Positions 27,461 through 37,563 of a stretch of DNA of 64,000 bases are shown here, one piece after another. A program made the translations under genes and the position numbers. The DNA is taken from positions 32,001 to 96,000 of the forward strand of contig CBFGIT010000002.1 of the NCBI GenBank assembly GCA_965648905.1, read 5' to 3'. The stretch comes from a candidate division WOR-3 bacterium (GTDB lineage: Bacteria; Hydrothermota; Tepidihabitantia; Tepidihabitantales; Tepidihabitantaceae). Each line of letters begins with the position of its first letter. The stretch's first letter is position 1. Under the pieces are notes generated by a model. That model made no database searches and was not told where the DNA came from. It saw nothing but the letters and a program-made list of their open reading frames with translations.

Positions 27461-29041
27461 ATGACTTCAGCGCCGCAACCTGACACCCCGGTTCGAGTCC
27501 GCATCGCGCCGTCACCGACCGGCGCAATGCACATCGGCTCGGTTCGTACCGCGCTCTACAACTGGCTGTTTGCCCGCCGGCATGGGGGCAGATTCATATT
27601 GAGAATCGACGACACGGACCGAGAGCGGAATCAGCCGGAGACACTTGAGCCGATATTCCAGAGCCTGCGTTGGCTCGGTATCAACTGGGATGAAGGCCCT
27701 GGAGTCGGCGGCCCGCACGAGCCCTACTGTCAGTCCGGCCGCACCAGACGCTACCAGGACGCAGTCGAGCAACTGCTTGCCTCTGGCCATGCCTACCACG
27801 ACTACGCCACGCCGGACGAAATCGAGGCCGAACGCCGGGCTGCAATCGAGAGCAAGCAGGGTGTGTTCCGGTACAGCCGGCAGTGGATGGCTGAGACTGC
27901 TGCAGCCCGGGCCCGGTTCGAGGCCCAGGGACGCAAGGCCGTGGTCCGGCTGAAGATGCCCGAGGATGGCGTCCTGGTACTGGGTGACCTGGTGCGCGGT
28001 GAAGTCCGGTTCGAGTGGGCGAGAGAACAGGACCATGTGGTTCGGCGGGCCGACGGCACGTTCCTGTACCACCTGGCGAGTATTGTTGACGACCGTGACA
28101 TGGCAATCAGCCATGTCATCAGGGCCGAAGAACACCTCTCAAACACCGCCCGCCAGGTGTTCATCCTTCAGGCCCTGGGTGCGCCGGTACCCCGGTTTGC
28201 CCATCTGCCGGTCGTTGCCGAGCCGGGCAGCAGAAACAAGCTGAGCAAACGCAAGCTCGGCCAGTACCTGAAGCAGAAGGACTTTGCCGAGCTGATGGAG
28301 CGCGGGCTCAAGGTCTGCCGCGGCCTGGGCATCAAGCCCGAGCCGGACCGGTTCAACCCGGTCGTCGTCGGATTCTACGAGCTGGTCGGATTCGTGCCCG
28401 AAGCAATCTTGAACTACGTTGCTCTGCTCGGTTGGTCCCTCGATGACCGAACCGAAGAACTGACGCGCGACGAGCTGATTCATGCTTTCTCGCTCGAACG
28501 CGTCAACCGCGCGCCGGCCAGCTTTGATGCTGACAAGCTGATGTCGTTTCAGGTGCGCCGGATGCTGGCAACGCCGGTTCCAGTCCGTGCCCGCCTCTGC
28601 CTCCAATATCTGGTCCGGGCCGGTCTGGTCCAAGACACAGTTGAAGCTCTGACGACCGTGGGCCAAATCGTTGCGGCGGCCGGCGACCGGATTAAGGTTG
28701 CCGGTGATATCCTTGACTATGCCGATTTCTTCCTGCCGGATGAGCAGCTTACCCGGGACCAGGCCGCTTCCCGGCGTGAGCTGGGCCGGCCGGGCGCAAG
28801 AGAGCTGGTCCGGCGCTTCCGGGACCGGCTGGCCACGGTTGAGCCGTTTGACGCACCGACAATTGAACGACTGATGCAGGAGTTTGTCTCAAGCGAGGGC
28901 ATCAAACTCGGCCAGGTGATTCACGCCCTGCGCGTGGCGGTGACTGGTCGAACGGTCGGGTTTGGGATGTTCGACACGCTGGCGATTCTGGGCCGCGAAC
29001 GCTGCCTGCGCCGGATTGACCTTGCTTTGGAAAAGGAGTAG
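27461..29041 (+). CDS. gltX: Glutamate--tRNA ligase
   Basis: RIAPSPTG, HIGS, LRIDDTD, HVIRAEEH, KLSKR and anticodon-binding LRVAVTG. ATG just downstream of the tRNA. Confidence 0.95.
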   Translation: MTSAPQPDTPVRVRIAPSPTGAMHIGSVRTALYNWLFARRHGGRFILRIDDTDRERNQPETLEPIFQSLRWLGINWDEGPGVGGPHEPYCQSGRTRRYQDAVEQLLASGHAYHDYATPDEIEAERRAAIESKQGVFRYSRQWMAETAAARARFEAQGRKAVVRLKMPEDGVLVLGDLVRGEVRFEWAREQDHVVRRADGTFLYHLASIVDDRDMAISHVIRAEEHLSNTARQVFILQALGAPVPRFAHLPVVAEPGSRNKLSKRKLGQYLKQKDFAELMERGLKVCRGLGIKPEPDRFNPVVVGFYELVGFVPEAILNYVALLGWSLDDRTEELTRDELIHAFSLERVNRAPASFDADKLMSFQVRRMLATPVPVRARLCLQYLVRAGLVQDTVEALTTVGQIVAAAGDRIKVAGDILDYADFFLPDEQLTRDQAASRRELGRPGARELVRRFRDRLATVEPFDAPTIERLMQEFVSSEGIKLGQVIHALRVAVTGRTVGFGMFDTLAILGRERCLRRIDLALEKE

Positions 29042-29044
29042 CCA

Positions 29045-30766
29045 ATGAGCGACGAGCGAACAGGTTCGCCTGCTGACGCGCGGGCTGGCCGCAGTTTCAT
29101 CGAGGAGGCGATTGAGGCCGACCTTGCGGCTGGTCGGTTCGACCGGGTTCGGACCCGGTTTCCGCCTGAGCCGAACGGCCGACTCCACATCGGCCATGCC
29201 AAGGCGATAAGCATCGACTTCGGCATGGCCGCGCAGTATCACGGTGAGTGTAACCTGCGTTTCGACGATACCAACCCGACCCGCGAAGAGACCTCTTATG
29301 TCGAGGCAATAAAGGAAGACATCCGCTGGCTCGGCTTTGACTGGGGTGACCGTGAGTTCTATGCGTCCGACTACTTCGAGCAGCTCTACCAGTGGGCAAT
29401 TCAGCTCATCAAGGCGGGCAAGGCGTATGTCTGCGACCTGTCCGGTGACGAGGTCCGCGAGTACCGGGGGACACTTACCGAGCCTGGTCGGAACAGCCCT
29501 TACCGCGACCGTTCGGTTGAGGAGAATCTGGACCTGTTCGAGCGGATGCGCCAGGGTGAGTTTCCAGACGGCTCCCGCACCCTGCGGGCGAAGATTGACA
29601 TGGCTTCTCCCAACCTGAACCTGCGTGACCCGGTGATGTACCGGATTCTGCACGTTCCGCATCATCGCACCGGTGACAGATGGTGTATCTATCCGACCTA
29701 CGACTGGGCGCACGGTCAGTCCGACTCAATCGAACGCATCACCCACTCGCTCTGCTCGCTCGAGTTTGAAGACCACCGGCCGCTGTACGATTGGTTCATC
29801 CGCGAGCTGGGGATTTTCCCATCGCGCCAGATTGAGTTTGCCCGACTCAATCTGACCTACACGGTGATGAGCAAACGTAGGCTGCTGGAACTCGTCGAAG
29901 GCGGCTATGTCAACGGTTGGGACGACCCGCGGATGCCGACTCTCTGCGGCATGCGGCGCCGGGGCTTCACACCAACCGGCATTCGGGAGTTCTTGCGCCG
30001 CGTCGGTGTGGCAAAGGCTGACACCGTGGTCAACTACGAACTGCTCGAACACTGTCAGCGCGAGGACCTGAACCGCCACGCACTCAGAGCCATGGCCGTG
30101 TTGCGGCCGCTCAAAGTCGTCATCGAGAATTACCCTGAGGACAAGGTCGAGGCTCTGGCCGCGGTCAACAATCCGGAAGACCCGCAGGCCGGCACACGGC
30201 CGGTTCCTTTTGCCCGCGAAATCTACATCGAGCAGGACGACTTCCGCGAAATCCCGCCACCCCGGTACTACCGGCTTGCTCCGGGCCGCGAGGTTCGGCT
30301 CCGCTATGCTTACTTCATCAAATGCACGGGCGTGGTCAAGGACGAACAGACCGGCGCAATCACCGAGCTCCGCTGCACCTATGACCCGGCCACCAGAGGT
30401 GGTGATGCGCCTGATGGCAGAAAGGTCAAGGCAACGATTCACTGGGTCTCAGCCCGCCACGCAGTCAAAGCCGAAGTCCGGCTTTACCAGCACCTGTTTT
30501 CCAAACCCGACCCGGACGAAACCGCACCGGGTCAGGACTGGCGGTCAAACATTGCTCCGGATTCAATCGAAGTCCTGACCGACTGCCGGCTTGAACCCAG
30601 TCTTGCTCAGGCCCGACCTGGTGACCGGTTTCAGTTTGAGCGGCTCGGGTACTTCTGCTGTGACCCGGACTCGACTCCAGGCCGGCCGGTCTTCAACCGT
30701 ACCGTCACCCTGCGCGACCAGTGGGCAAGAATCGCAGCCGGCCAAGAACGCAAGACCCGGCCGTGA
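29045..30766 (+). CDS. glnS: Glutamine--tRNA ligase
   Basis: [35 protein letters not shown] and FQFERLGYF. Confidence 0.97.
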   Translation: MSDERTGSPADARAGRSFIEEAIEADLAAGRFDRVRTRFPPEPNGRLHIGHAKAISIDFGMAAQYHGECNLRFDDTNPTREETSYVEAIKEDIRWLGFDWGDREFYASDYFEQLYQWAIQLIKAGKAYVCDLSGDEVREYRGTLTEPGRNSPYRDRSVEENLDLFERMRQGEFPDGSRTLRAKIDMASPNLNLRDPVMYRILHVPHHRTGDRWCIYPTYDWAHGQSDSIERITHSLCSLEFEDHRPLYDWFIRELGIFPSRQIEFARLNLTYTVMSKRRLLELVEGGYVNGWDDPRMPTLCGMRRRGFTPTGIREFLRRVGVAKADTVVNYELLEHCQREDLNRHALRAMAVLRPLKVVIENYPEDKVEALAAVNNPEDPQAGTRPVPFAREIYIEQDDFREIPPPRYYRLAPGREVRLRYAYFIKCTGVVKDEQTGAITELRCTYDPATRGGDAPDGRKVKATIHWVSARHAVKAEVRLYQHLFSKPDPDETAPGQDWRSNIAPDSIEVLTDCRLEPSLAQARPGDRFQFERLGYFCCDPDSTPGRPVFNRTVTLRDQWARIAAGQERKTRP

Positions 30767-31389
30767 AGAACAACTCCACCCCGCATTCTTTGGCCCAGCC
30801 CTTGTGCCGAGTGAACCTGTACATGGGCACAGGTGCGCCGCCGGTCCCTTGTGCAGTTGTACCCGAACCAGGACATGACCCCAAACCGTCCAACCCTCAG
30901 CGCTACGTCCTGCTCGCCCTCCAATACTACGCTGCGGTGCTTGTCCGCTACCCGAAGTCTGAGCGGACCACGGAGCGGCACGCAGCCGAGCTGCTCGAAA
31001 TGGCGCGGCTGATTATCGAAGAAGGCATCTGGCCCGACTCTGACCTGCTGCGCTATGCCGGTATCAGCGACCGGGTGCGCATCGTTGAACCGCCGCCTTC
31101 TCCGGCCCGGCTGACCGTGCTTGAGCTCGGCCGCGGGCCCGGGCCAGAGGAGTTCGAACTGCTCGTAAGTCCGGCACAAGACATGACCGAGGACGAAACC
31201 GTGCTGTCGGCCATTGTCCTGCTCCAGGGGATTCTGCCTCTGCTCGATCCAACCGCGGTCAAGGTACTCGACCACGGCCTGCGGTACGTCAAGTCATTCC
31301 AGGACGAAGGCATGGACTGTGCCAATCCGGTTGCGGCCCGCAGCATGGCCAACCGCGCCTTCCAAGAGGCCGGCGGTCTCGTCGGTTGA
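30763..31389 (+). CDS. Hypothetical protein (start uncertain)
   Basis: Open frame with protein-like composition; GTGA overlap with glnS; REP half GGACATGACCCC at 30871. Confidence 0.55.
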   Translation: MKNNSTPHSLAQPLCRVNLYMGTGAPPVPCAVVPEPGHDPKPSNPQRYVLLALQYYAAVLVRYPKSERTTERHAAELLEMARLIIEEGIWPDSDLLRYAGISDRVRIVEPPPSPARLTVLELGRGPGPEEFELLVSPAQDMTEDETVLSAIVLLQGILPLLDPTAVKVLDHGLRYVKSFQDEGMDCANPVAARSMANRAFQEAGGLVG

Positions 31390-31446
31390 CAGTCTCCGGC
31401 TGACAGGCTAGACTCGTCCAAGCAATCAGACTGACCGGAGGCGGAA

Positions 31447-31626
31447 ATGAAGTCCTTGTTCGTGCTGCTTCTTGCCGTCACTGCCTTGACTGCGGTGTAC
31501 GGCCAGCATCTCATCAACGGCGACTTTGAGACCGGGTCGCTGCCCCCCTGGACAACGAACGGCTGGGTCGTCGACACCGTCAACCCGCACCCCGGCCACC
31601 GCTGCCGGGTGATGCTCCTGAGGTAG
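31447..31626 (+). pseudogene. Truncated paralog of the 34494-35621 gene (signal peptide plus start of a CBM-like domain)
   Basis: GGAGG RBS; MKSLFVLLLAV...LINGDFETGSLPPWTTNGWVVDTVNPHPG then a stop; compare LIGNGGFETGQLPPWTTIAWIVDTKYPHRG. Confidence 0.75.
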
Positions 31627-31649
31627 AGTAGAACGATCGTGCGGGCACC

Positions 31650-33065
31650 ATGCAGGCTCTCCTCCTGATTCTGCTGGGAATGTTCCCTGACTCAGCCCGC
31701 ATTGTCGCGAGGACAAGGGTTGCTTCCTCCCTTGCATACAGTTGCGCGCGGTCAGTCGCTCGCGATGGGCGGGGCGTTATCCACGTTGCTTTCTCGTACA
31801 ACGAGGGTCTTCCATTCGCCGAGTCGGCCGAGGTATTCTACACCCGCTCGACTAACGAGGGCGTGACCTGGTCCGCCTGGGAGAACGTAAGCCGGTCCGA
31901 CAGCTTCACAGTCATGTTTCCCTCACTGGCCGTTGACAGCAGCGGGGTTGTCCATTGCGCATGGAAGCAGTTCTGGATTGACGGCACGGACGGCCGGCAC
32001 TACGATTGCTTTTACGCGCGCAGGGACACCGGCGCCAGCGCTCTGTGGAGCACTCCCAGGAATCTGTCCGGCATTGGACCGAATACCAACGTTTTTCTGG
32101 TTTCGGCCGTCGCTGCGGACATTCGCGGTCGAGTTCACGTGGTGTATCAGGGTGACTACAACCCGTCGCGAGTGGATGGGGCCATCTACCACTGTGTCTT
32201 CCAAGGCGACTCGTGGACTGGACCATACTGCTTGACTCCTGCTCCGCGCTGGGAGAACATGACACCATCCATTGCCTGCGACCGGCTGGGCCGGCTGCAT
32301 GTGGCCTGGCTACTGTGGCAGTACTCGACAAACCGGGACACTGTCTATTATGCGGTCTACGACTCGGGCTGGAGTACGCGCGAGATAGTAGCGGGAGCTG
32401 GAATTGGCTACGGAGTCCCATGCATTGCTGCAGACACTGCTGGCGCACCCTTGGTCGCTTTTGTAGCCGGCCCCCTACAGGCCAACTCCGACGTGTTCGT
32501 AGCCAGACGAGACAGCACCGGATGGCACCCTACTAACCTCAGCGTCTCCCCCGGCAACTCGTATGATGTGTCCTTGACGGTCCAGCGCGACGACAGAGTC
32601 GCCGTGGTCTGGCAGGAGGCCACTCCGCACGACGAGCTGTTCTTGCGCACCTTTGATGGTCGCGTGTGGTCGCCAGCGCAGAATATCTCCGCCGATAGCA
32701 TCAAGTCCAGTCTGGTGCCCCAGTTGGCATTCCCACCAGGACCCGACAGGTTGGACCTCATCTGGGTCTCGCCGGAGTCCGCAGGCGCTCAGGTCATGTA
32801 CATGGGCCTCTCGCCGGTCGTCTCAGCAATCGCTGGCGAGGCGGCGAGGCTACGGGGCGTCGGTGCTCCGACCTTCGTCATACGCGACTTCGAGCTACAA
32901 GGCCATCAGCCCGCCCGATTACTCGACCTCGACGGACGTGCGGTCGGTGTGCTACGTCCCGGCGCGAACGACTTGCGGCATCTGAGTCCGGGCATCTACT
33001 TCGTCAGGCAGGTAGGGAGCGAGGGAGCGGGGGGGAGAGTGAGCAAGGTCGTGGTGGTGAAGTAG
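31650..33065 (+). CDS. Secreted beta-propeller/BNR-like protein with short T9SS-like tail (paralog A)
   Basis: YTRSTNEGVTWS Asp-box-like motif, repeated PSLAVD..G.VH; tail LSPGIYFV...KVVVVK. Confidence 0.75.
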   Translation: MQALLLILLGMFPDSARIVARTRVASSLAYSCARSVARDGRGVIHVAFSYNEGLPFAESAEVFYTRSTNEGVTWSAWENVSRSDSFTVMFPSLAVDSSGVVHCAWKQFWIDGTDGRHYDCFYARRDTGASALWSTPRNLSGIGPNTNVFLVSAVAADIRGRVHVVYQGDYNPSRVDGAIYHCVFQGDSWTGPYCLTPAPRWENMTPSIACDRLGRLHVAWLLWQYSTNRDTVYYAVYDSGWSTREIVAGAGIGYGVPCIAADTAGAPLVAFVAGPLQANSDVFVARRDSTGWHPTNLSVSPGNSYDVSLTVQRDDRVAVVWQEATPHDELFLRTFDGRVWSPAQNISADSIKSSLVPQLAFPPGPDRLDLIWVSPESAGAQVMYMGLSPVVSAIAGEAARLRGVGAPTFVIRDFELQGHQPARLLDLDGRAVGVLRPGANDLRHLSPGIYFVRQVGSEGAGGRVSKVVVVK

Positions 33066-33083
33066 CGCTTAGACCACGCGGAC

Positions 33084-34478
33084 ATGGCTACTCTCGCTTT
33101 GTTTATCTGTGTGATGTTCCCCGACTCCGCGTACACGGTAGCGAGGACTCGCACTGGTTCCCCAATCGCATATAGCTGCACGCGGTCAGTCGTGCGCGAT
33201 GACCTTGGCGTTAGCCACGTTGCGTTCTCGTACAATGACGGCCTTCCGTTCGCCGAGTCGGCCGAGGTGTTCTACACCCGCTCGACCGACGAAGGTGCCA
33301 GCTGGTCAGCCTGGGAGAATGTAAGCCGGTCCGACAGCTTCACCGTCTTCTTCCCCTCGCTGGCCGTTGACAGCAGTGGGGCTGTGCATAGCACTTGGCT
33401 GCAGTTCTGGATTGACAGCGCAGCCGGGTGGCACTACGACTGCTTCTACGCGCGCCGGGACACCGGGGTAGGCCACGGGTGGAGTACCCCCAGGAATCTG
33501 TCTGGCATGGGGCCGAATACGAATAACTTCCTCATCTCGGCCGTCGCCGCGGACGTGCGTGGGAGAGTCCATGTGGTGTATCAGGGCGACTACAATCCGT
33601 CGCGAGTCGATGGGGCCATCTACCACTGCGTCTTTCAGGGCGATTCCTGGACGAGACCCTACTGCCTGACGCCTAGCCCGCGATGGGAGAATGAGACTCC
33701 GTCCATAGCCTGCGACCGCCAGGGCCGCCTGCACGCAGCGTGGCATCTCTGGCAGTACTCCACAAATCAGGATACTATCTACTACGCTGTCTTTGACACA
33801 AGTTGGGGCGCGACTGAGGTAATTGCCGCCGGGGCCGGCTACGGTGAGCCGTGCATCGCCGTGGACTCGCAAGGCACACCGCAGGCCTCGTTTGTAGCAG
33901 GGTCTCTGCACACCAACAATGAAACGTATCACGCCCGGCGCGACAGCACAGGCTGGCATTTGACCAATCTCAGCAACTCGCCGGAGAACTGTTACCACGC
34001 AGCTATTTCGGTACAGCCTGGCGGGGAAGCGTCGGTAGTCTGGGGAGAAGTCAGCCCCCATTACGACCTATTCTTGCGCACCTTCGATGGCCGCGTGTGG
34101 TCGCCAACGCAGAATATCTCCGCCGATAGCATCAAGTCCAGTCTGGTGCCCCAGTTGGCATTCCCACCAGGACCTGGCAAGCTGGACCTCATCTGGGTCT
34201 CGCCAGAGTCCGCAGGCGCTCAGGTCATGTACATGGGACTGTCTCCGGTCGTGTCGGCTACGGCCGAGGAGGTGACGCCCCACCTGGCCGGAGCCGTACA
34301 GACGCTGGTGAGCCGCAAGTTTGTGCTCCACGGAGGTAGGCCGGAGAGACTACTCGACGCCGCCGGTCGTGTAGTAACAACGCTGATGCCTGGGAGCAAC
34401 GACCGCTGCCAACTCAGGCCCGGCGTGTACTTCGTTGGTGCCGGAGGCCGCAGGGAGCGTATCGTGCTTATCCGCTAG
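33084..34478 (+). CDS. Secreted beta-propeller/BNR-like protein (paralog B)
   Basis: Collinear with 31650-33065 and shares long identical peptide stretches. Confidence 0.75.
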   Translation: MATLALFICVMFPDSAYTVARTRTGSPIAYSCTRSVVRDDLGVSHVAFSYNDGLPFAESAEVFYTRSTDEGASWSAWENVSRSDSFTVFFPSLAVDSSGAVHSTWLQFWIDSAAGWHYDCFYARRDTGVGHGWSTPRNLSGMGPNTNNFLISAVAADVRGRVHVVYQGDYNPSRVDGAIYHCVFQGDSWTRPYCLTPSPRWENETPSIACDRQGRLHAAWHLWQYSTNQDTIYYAVFDTSWGATEVIAAGAGYGEPCIAVDSQGTPQASFVAGSLHTNNETYHARRDSTGWHLTNLSNSPENCYHAAISVQPGGEASVVWGEVSPHYDLFLRTFDGRVWSPTQNISADSIKSSLVPQLAFPPGPGKLDLIWVSPESAGAQVMYMGLSPVVSATAEEVTPHLAGAVQTLVSRKFVLHGGRPERLLDAAGRVVTTLMPGSNDRCQLRPGVYFVGAGGRRERIVLIR

Positions 34479-34493
34479 CTGTATGGAGGACAG

Positions 34494-35621
34494 ATGAGAC
34501 ACCTTGTTATGCTGGCCCTGACCCTGGGTTTGGCTTCGGCGACCGTCGTGGTCACGGGCCATTCGGTCGTCACAGTTGACGGCAGCCGTACCCCTGGTTC
34601 ATGCGTGGCTATCGACGCCGACCGAGAGTTGATTGGGAACGGCGGCTTCGAAACCGGGCAATTGCCGCCATGGACGACCATTGCCTGGATTGTCGACACC
34701 AAGTACCCGCACCGCGGCACCTATTGCGCGAGCGTGGTCGGCAACAACTGGATTCGCCAGTTCATCGACACGGTGCCCGCGAACGAAATCCAGAGCGTCA
34801 CCTTCTGGTCCCGCCAGCCGGACCAGCCCGCAGCCCAGGCCTTTGACTTCTTCTACTCGGACGGCTCCTACGAGGAGTTCGTCCACTTCCCACAGCCGGA
34901 CTGGCAGCAGTTCGACGTGACCTACCGGCTGAACCGGTCCAAGAGCCTGGTGGGCCTGGGAATCTGGGGCTATTCCGGCGGCGGGCCCGGGCCGGACAGC
35001 ACGTTTCTGGACGACGTCTCGATTCAGGTGCGCGACCCGCGGCGCGAGGTCGGCATCACGAGCATCTTGAGTCCGCGCGATACGATTCCATTCGACAGCG
35101 CCAATACGCCGATAGTCCAAGTCCGCAACTTCGGCGAGACCAGTGACTCGCTCCGGGTGGTCGTTATGGTCGAGGACATCTGCGACCCTGACCCGTACTA
35201 CTGGGACACGGTGGCCCTGTTCCTCGCCGCGGGCGCGACCGCAAGCCCCGAGTTCGAGCCGTGGCAGCCGCGCTGGCCGTCCATGCACCGTGTCAATTCA
35301 TGGGTAATGCTTGAGGGCAATGCCAACCATGATACGGTGCGGCAGTTCTTCTGGGTGCGGCCGGGAACCGGCGTCGCCGAGCAGGTAGCACGGACAGCGC
35401 GTGCTAAGGCGAGTATCGTACGCGGTGTGCTGTGGCTGACAAGGGACATGACCCAAACGTCCGACGTTTGGGATCGTGTCCCAAGACCACTCCTCGACGC
35501 ATCTGGCCGCAAGGTACTTGACCTGCACCCCGGCCCGAACGACGTCTCTCACCTGGCGCCCGGCGTCTACTTCGTGCGCCAAGAGCCACATGCCACAACC
35601 AAAGTTGTGCTGCAGCGGTAG
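34494..35621 (+). CDS. Secreted CBM-like/CARDB-like protein with T9SS-like tail
   Basis: GGAGG RBS, NGGFETG, FLDDVSI, VQVRNFG; tail LDASGRKV...LAPGVYFV...KVVLQR with an in-frame palindrome. Confidence 0.78.
   Translation: MRHLVMLALTLGLASATVVVTGHSVVTVDGSRTPGSCVAIDADRELIGNGGFETGQLPPWTTIAWIVDTKYPHRGTYCASVVGNNWIRQFIDTVPANEIQSVTFWSRQPDQPAAQAFDFFYSDGSYEEFVHFPQPDWQQFDVTYRLNRSKSLVGLGIWGYSGGGPGPDSTFLDDVSIQVRDPRREVGITSILSPRDTIPFDSANTPIVQVRNFGETSDSLRVVVMVEDICDPDPYYWDTVALFLAAGATASPEFEPWQPRWPSMHRVNSWVMLEGNANHDTVRQFFWVRPGTGVAEQVARTARAKASIVRGVLWLTRDMTQTSDVWDRVPRPLLDASGRKVLDLHPGPNDVSHLAPGVYFVRQEPHATTKVVLQR
35443..35482. repeat. Palindromic REP-like element, in frame within the C-terminal domain
   Basis: GGGACATGACCCAAACGTC-C-GACGTTTGGGATCGTGTCCC, 40 nt, translated DMTQTSDVWDRVP. 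Confidence 0.9.
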
Positions 35622-35853
35622 GGTGGGAAGTGAGGCAGCGCGTGGGTCGGATAATTCCATTTACTATAGGTTGTCAATACGCGGACACGGCAACCGCGGC
35701 CCGAACACAGTCAGCGAGGCGCACCTGTTGAAGCTTGCTGCGGCCAGGGAGCAAGCGACCTGCACGAACTCAGGCAACGTCAGCGGAGCGAAGTAGCCAG
35801 CCCGCAATCGCGGCGGCAAGCCACTCCTTCAACAGAGTCGCCAATGTCCGTCG

Positions 35854-36918
35854 TCACTTTTGCCTTCTGCATTCTAGGGCCTGGCTTCTGACTTCGCCCG
35901 GCTGCGCCACGCGGTCCCATTCTGCCATAACCAGTTGTCCGAGCCGGTCGACCAGGGCCGGGTCGTGCCACTTGCGCAGTCCGACCTTGAGTTGCAGTTC
36001 GACCGCTTTGCCGCGCTCTTCTGACCCGGGCTTGGTCGACCGTGCCACGTTCGTGAACGCGGTCACGAACGCGAGGTAATTGCCCATCTGCTGGTCGGCA
36101 AGCCCGGCCTGCCGGAGCAGGACCTTCACCTTCTCCACTATCGGCTGGAACCGCTGTTCGAACTCGTCATGCTCCTTCGCCTTCTGCTCCAGCCACTCCT
36201 GCCGGCACATCTGTTCGTCGGTCAGCACCCGCTCGCCCGGTGAGGTCGCCATGGTCTTCCGCGCATCCTCAAGACCCGGCAGCCATTCAAGGTCGCCGTC
36301 TTTCTCCATGTCACTGAACAGCCCGGCCACCCTGGTGCCGATGTGTTCAATCAGCTCCTCGGGCAAGGCTTTCTTCCTGGCCCAGGCACGAACTTGACCA
36401 AGGCGCCGAGCCCGCTGCTTTGCGTCGCCGGCGCGGGTCTCGTAGAGAATCCTGAAGGTGCGGCGTGCGAGCCGGGCGCTCACCTTGCGCCACGGCTCAC
36501 CCGGAGAGAGCCCGAGGGCGCTGAACTCGCGGTGCAGGAGGTGCTCAAGCACCTGGGCCAGGGTGTACCATGCTGCCTGCCGCCGCAGCTCAAGGTTGGC
36601 CGTATCGTCCTGGCGCGGGCGGGCGCTGGTGCGCGGGCCCACGCGGCACTCGGGCACGGACAGCGGGACCGCAAGCCAGCGCTTGAACGCCTCGGCAACT
36701 TCGGTCGGGTCAGCCCGGCACGCCCGCAGAAAGTCGATAACGACCCGCAGAGAAGGGTTGGCCAAAGCGCCGTGCTCAAGGCGTGAGACGAAGCTCTTGG
36801 CATAGCGCCGCTCCATGCCCAGCGCTGCCCCGACCTGCGCCTGGCTGAGACCGGACTTCAGGCGTGCGCTCCGGAGGAGCTCAAACAGCCCGGGCATGTT
36901 CGGACGGTTCAGGGTCAC
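35854..36918 (-). CDS. XRE-family helix-turn-helix protein with a long helical C-terminal region
   Basis: LRSARLKSGLSQAQVGAALG...VSRLEHG..NPSL. Confidence 0.8.
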   Translation of the reverse strand: MTLNRPNMPGLFELLRSARLKSGLSQAQVGAALGMERRYAKSFVSRLEHGALANPSLRVVIDFLRACRADPTEVAEAFKRWLAVPLSVPECRVGPRTSARPRQDDTANLELRRQAAWYTLAQVLEHLLHREFSALGLSPGEPWRKVSARLARRTFRILYETRAGDAKQRARRLGQVRAWARKKALPEELIEHIGTRVAGLFSDMEKDGDLEWLPGLEDARKTMATSPGERVLTDEQMCRQEWLEQKAKEHDEFEQRFQPIVEKVKVLLRQAGLADQQMGNYLAFVTAFTNVARSTKPGSEERGKAVELQLKVGLRKWHDPALVDRLGQLVMAEWDRVAQPGEVRSQALECRRQK

Positions 36919-37563
36919 GGCACTAGTTTACATATATTGTAACCCTTGGGCAACCAGAACTTCAGCCTAACCGGTTGGCATATTGCTACTTAGTCCACTA
37001 CCACACTTGAGGTGGGTACGGTCTCCCTTGCCACTTGGGCCGCGGCTCTGGTCGTCGCAGTGAGAGCGGCTTGGCCTGTCCTGGTCGGTGTCGCTCTGGC
37101 TGACGCCGGCCCTGGTGCTCTACTTGCCGAGATGTCTGTCCCTGTGCCTGTCGCTCTGTTCCTGGCTCGGCTTCCGGCCGGCAGCGCCGAGCCGACCTGC
37201 GCTTGGACTTAGGTTCCGACTGTGGTTCTGGCCGTGGTTGGCACCGTCGCTCTCCTCGTTGCTTCAGGCGCTCCGCCACACTATGAACGCCGGGTGCGCC
37301 GATGGTTCACCTGGCGTTCGGACTGTTGAGGTCATGGGCAGAATACTCACGAGTTGTCAATACACGGGCCCGAGTCCTGGGAGATGACGCTCAAGACAGG
37401 GGCAAGGGTCAAAGTGGCGGGCCTGCCCGGTGTTCGACATGCGCGCCCCACCATCTTGCTTCCTGCATGTTGCAGGTCGCCTTGGGTCGAAGTTGACATA
37501 GCGCTTGTTCTAGCCCAACATAGGTAGAGAGACCATGCGCCGGCAACACAGAGAGGACTCCTG

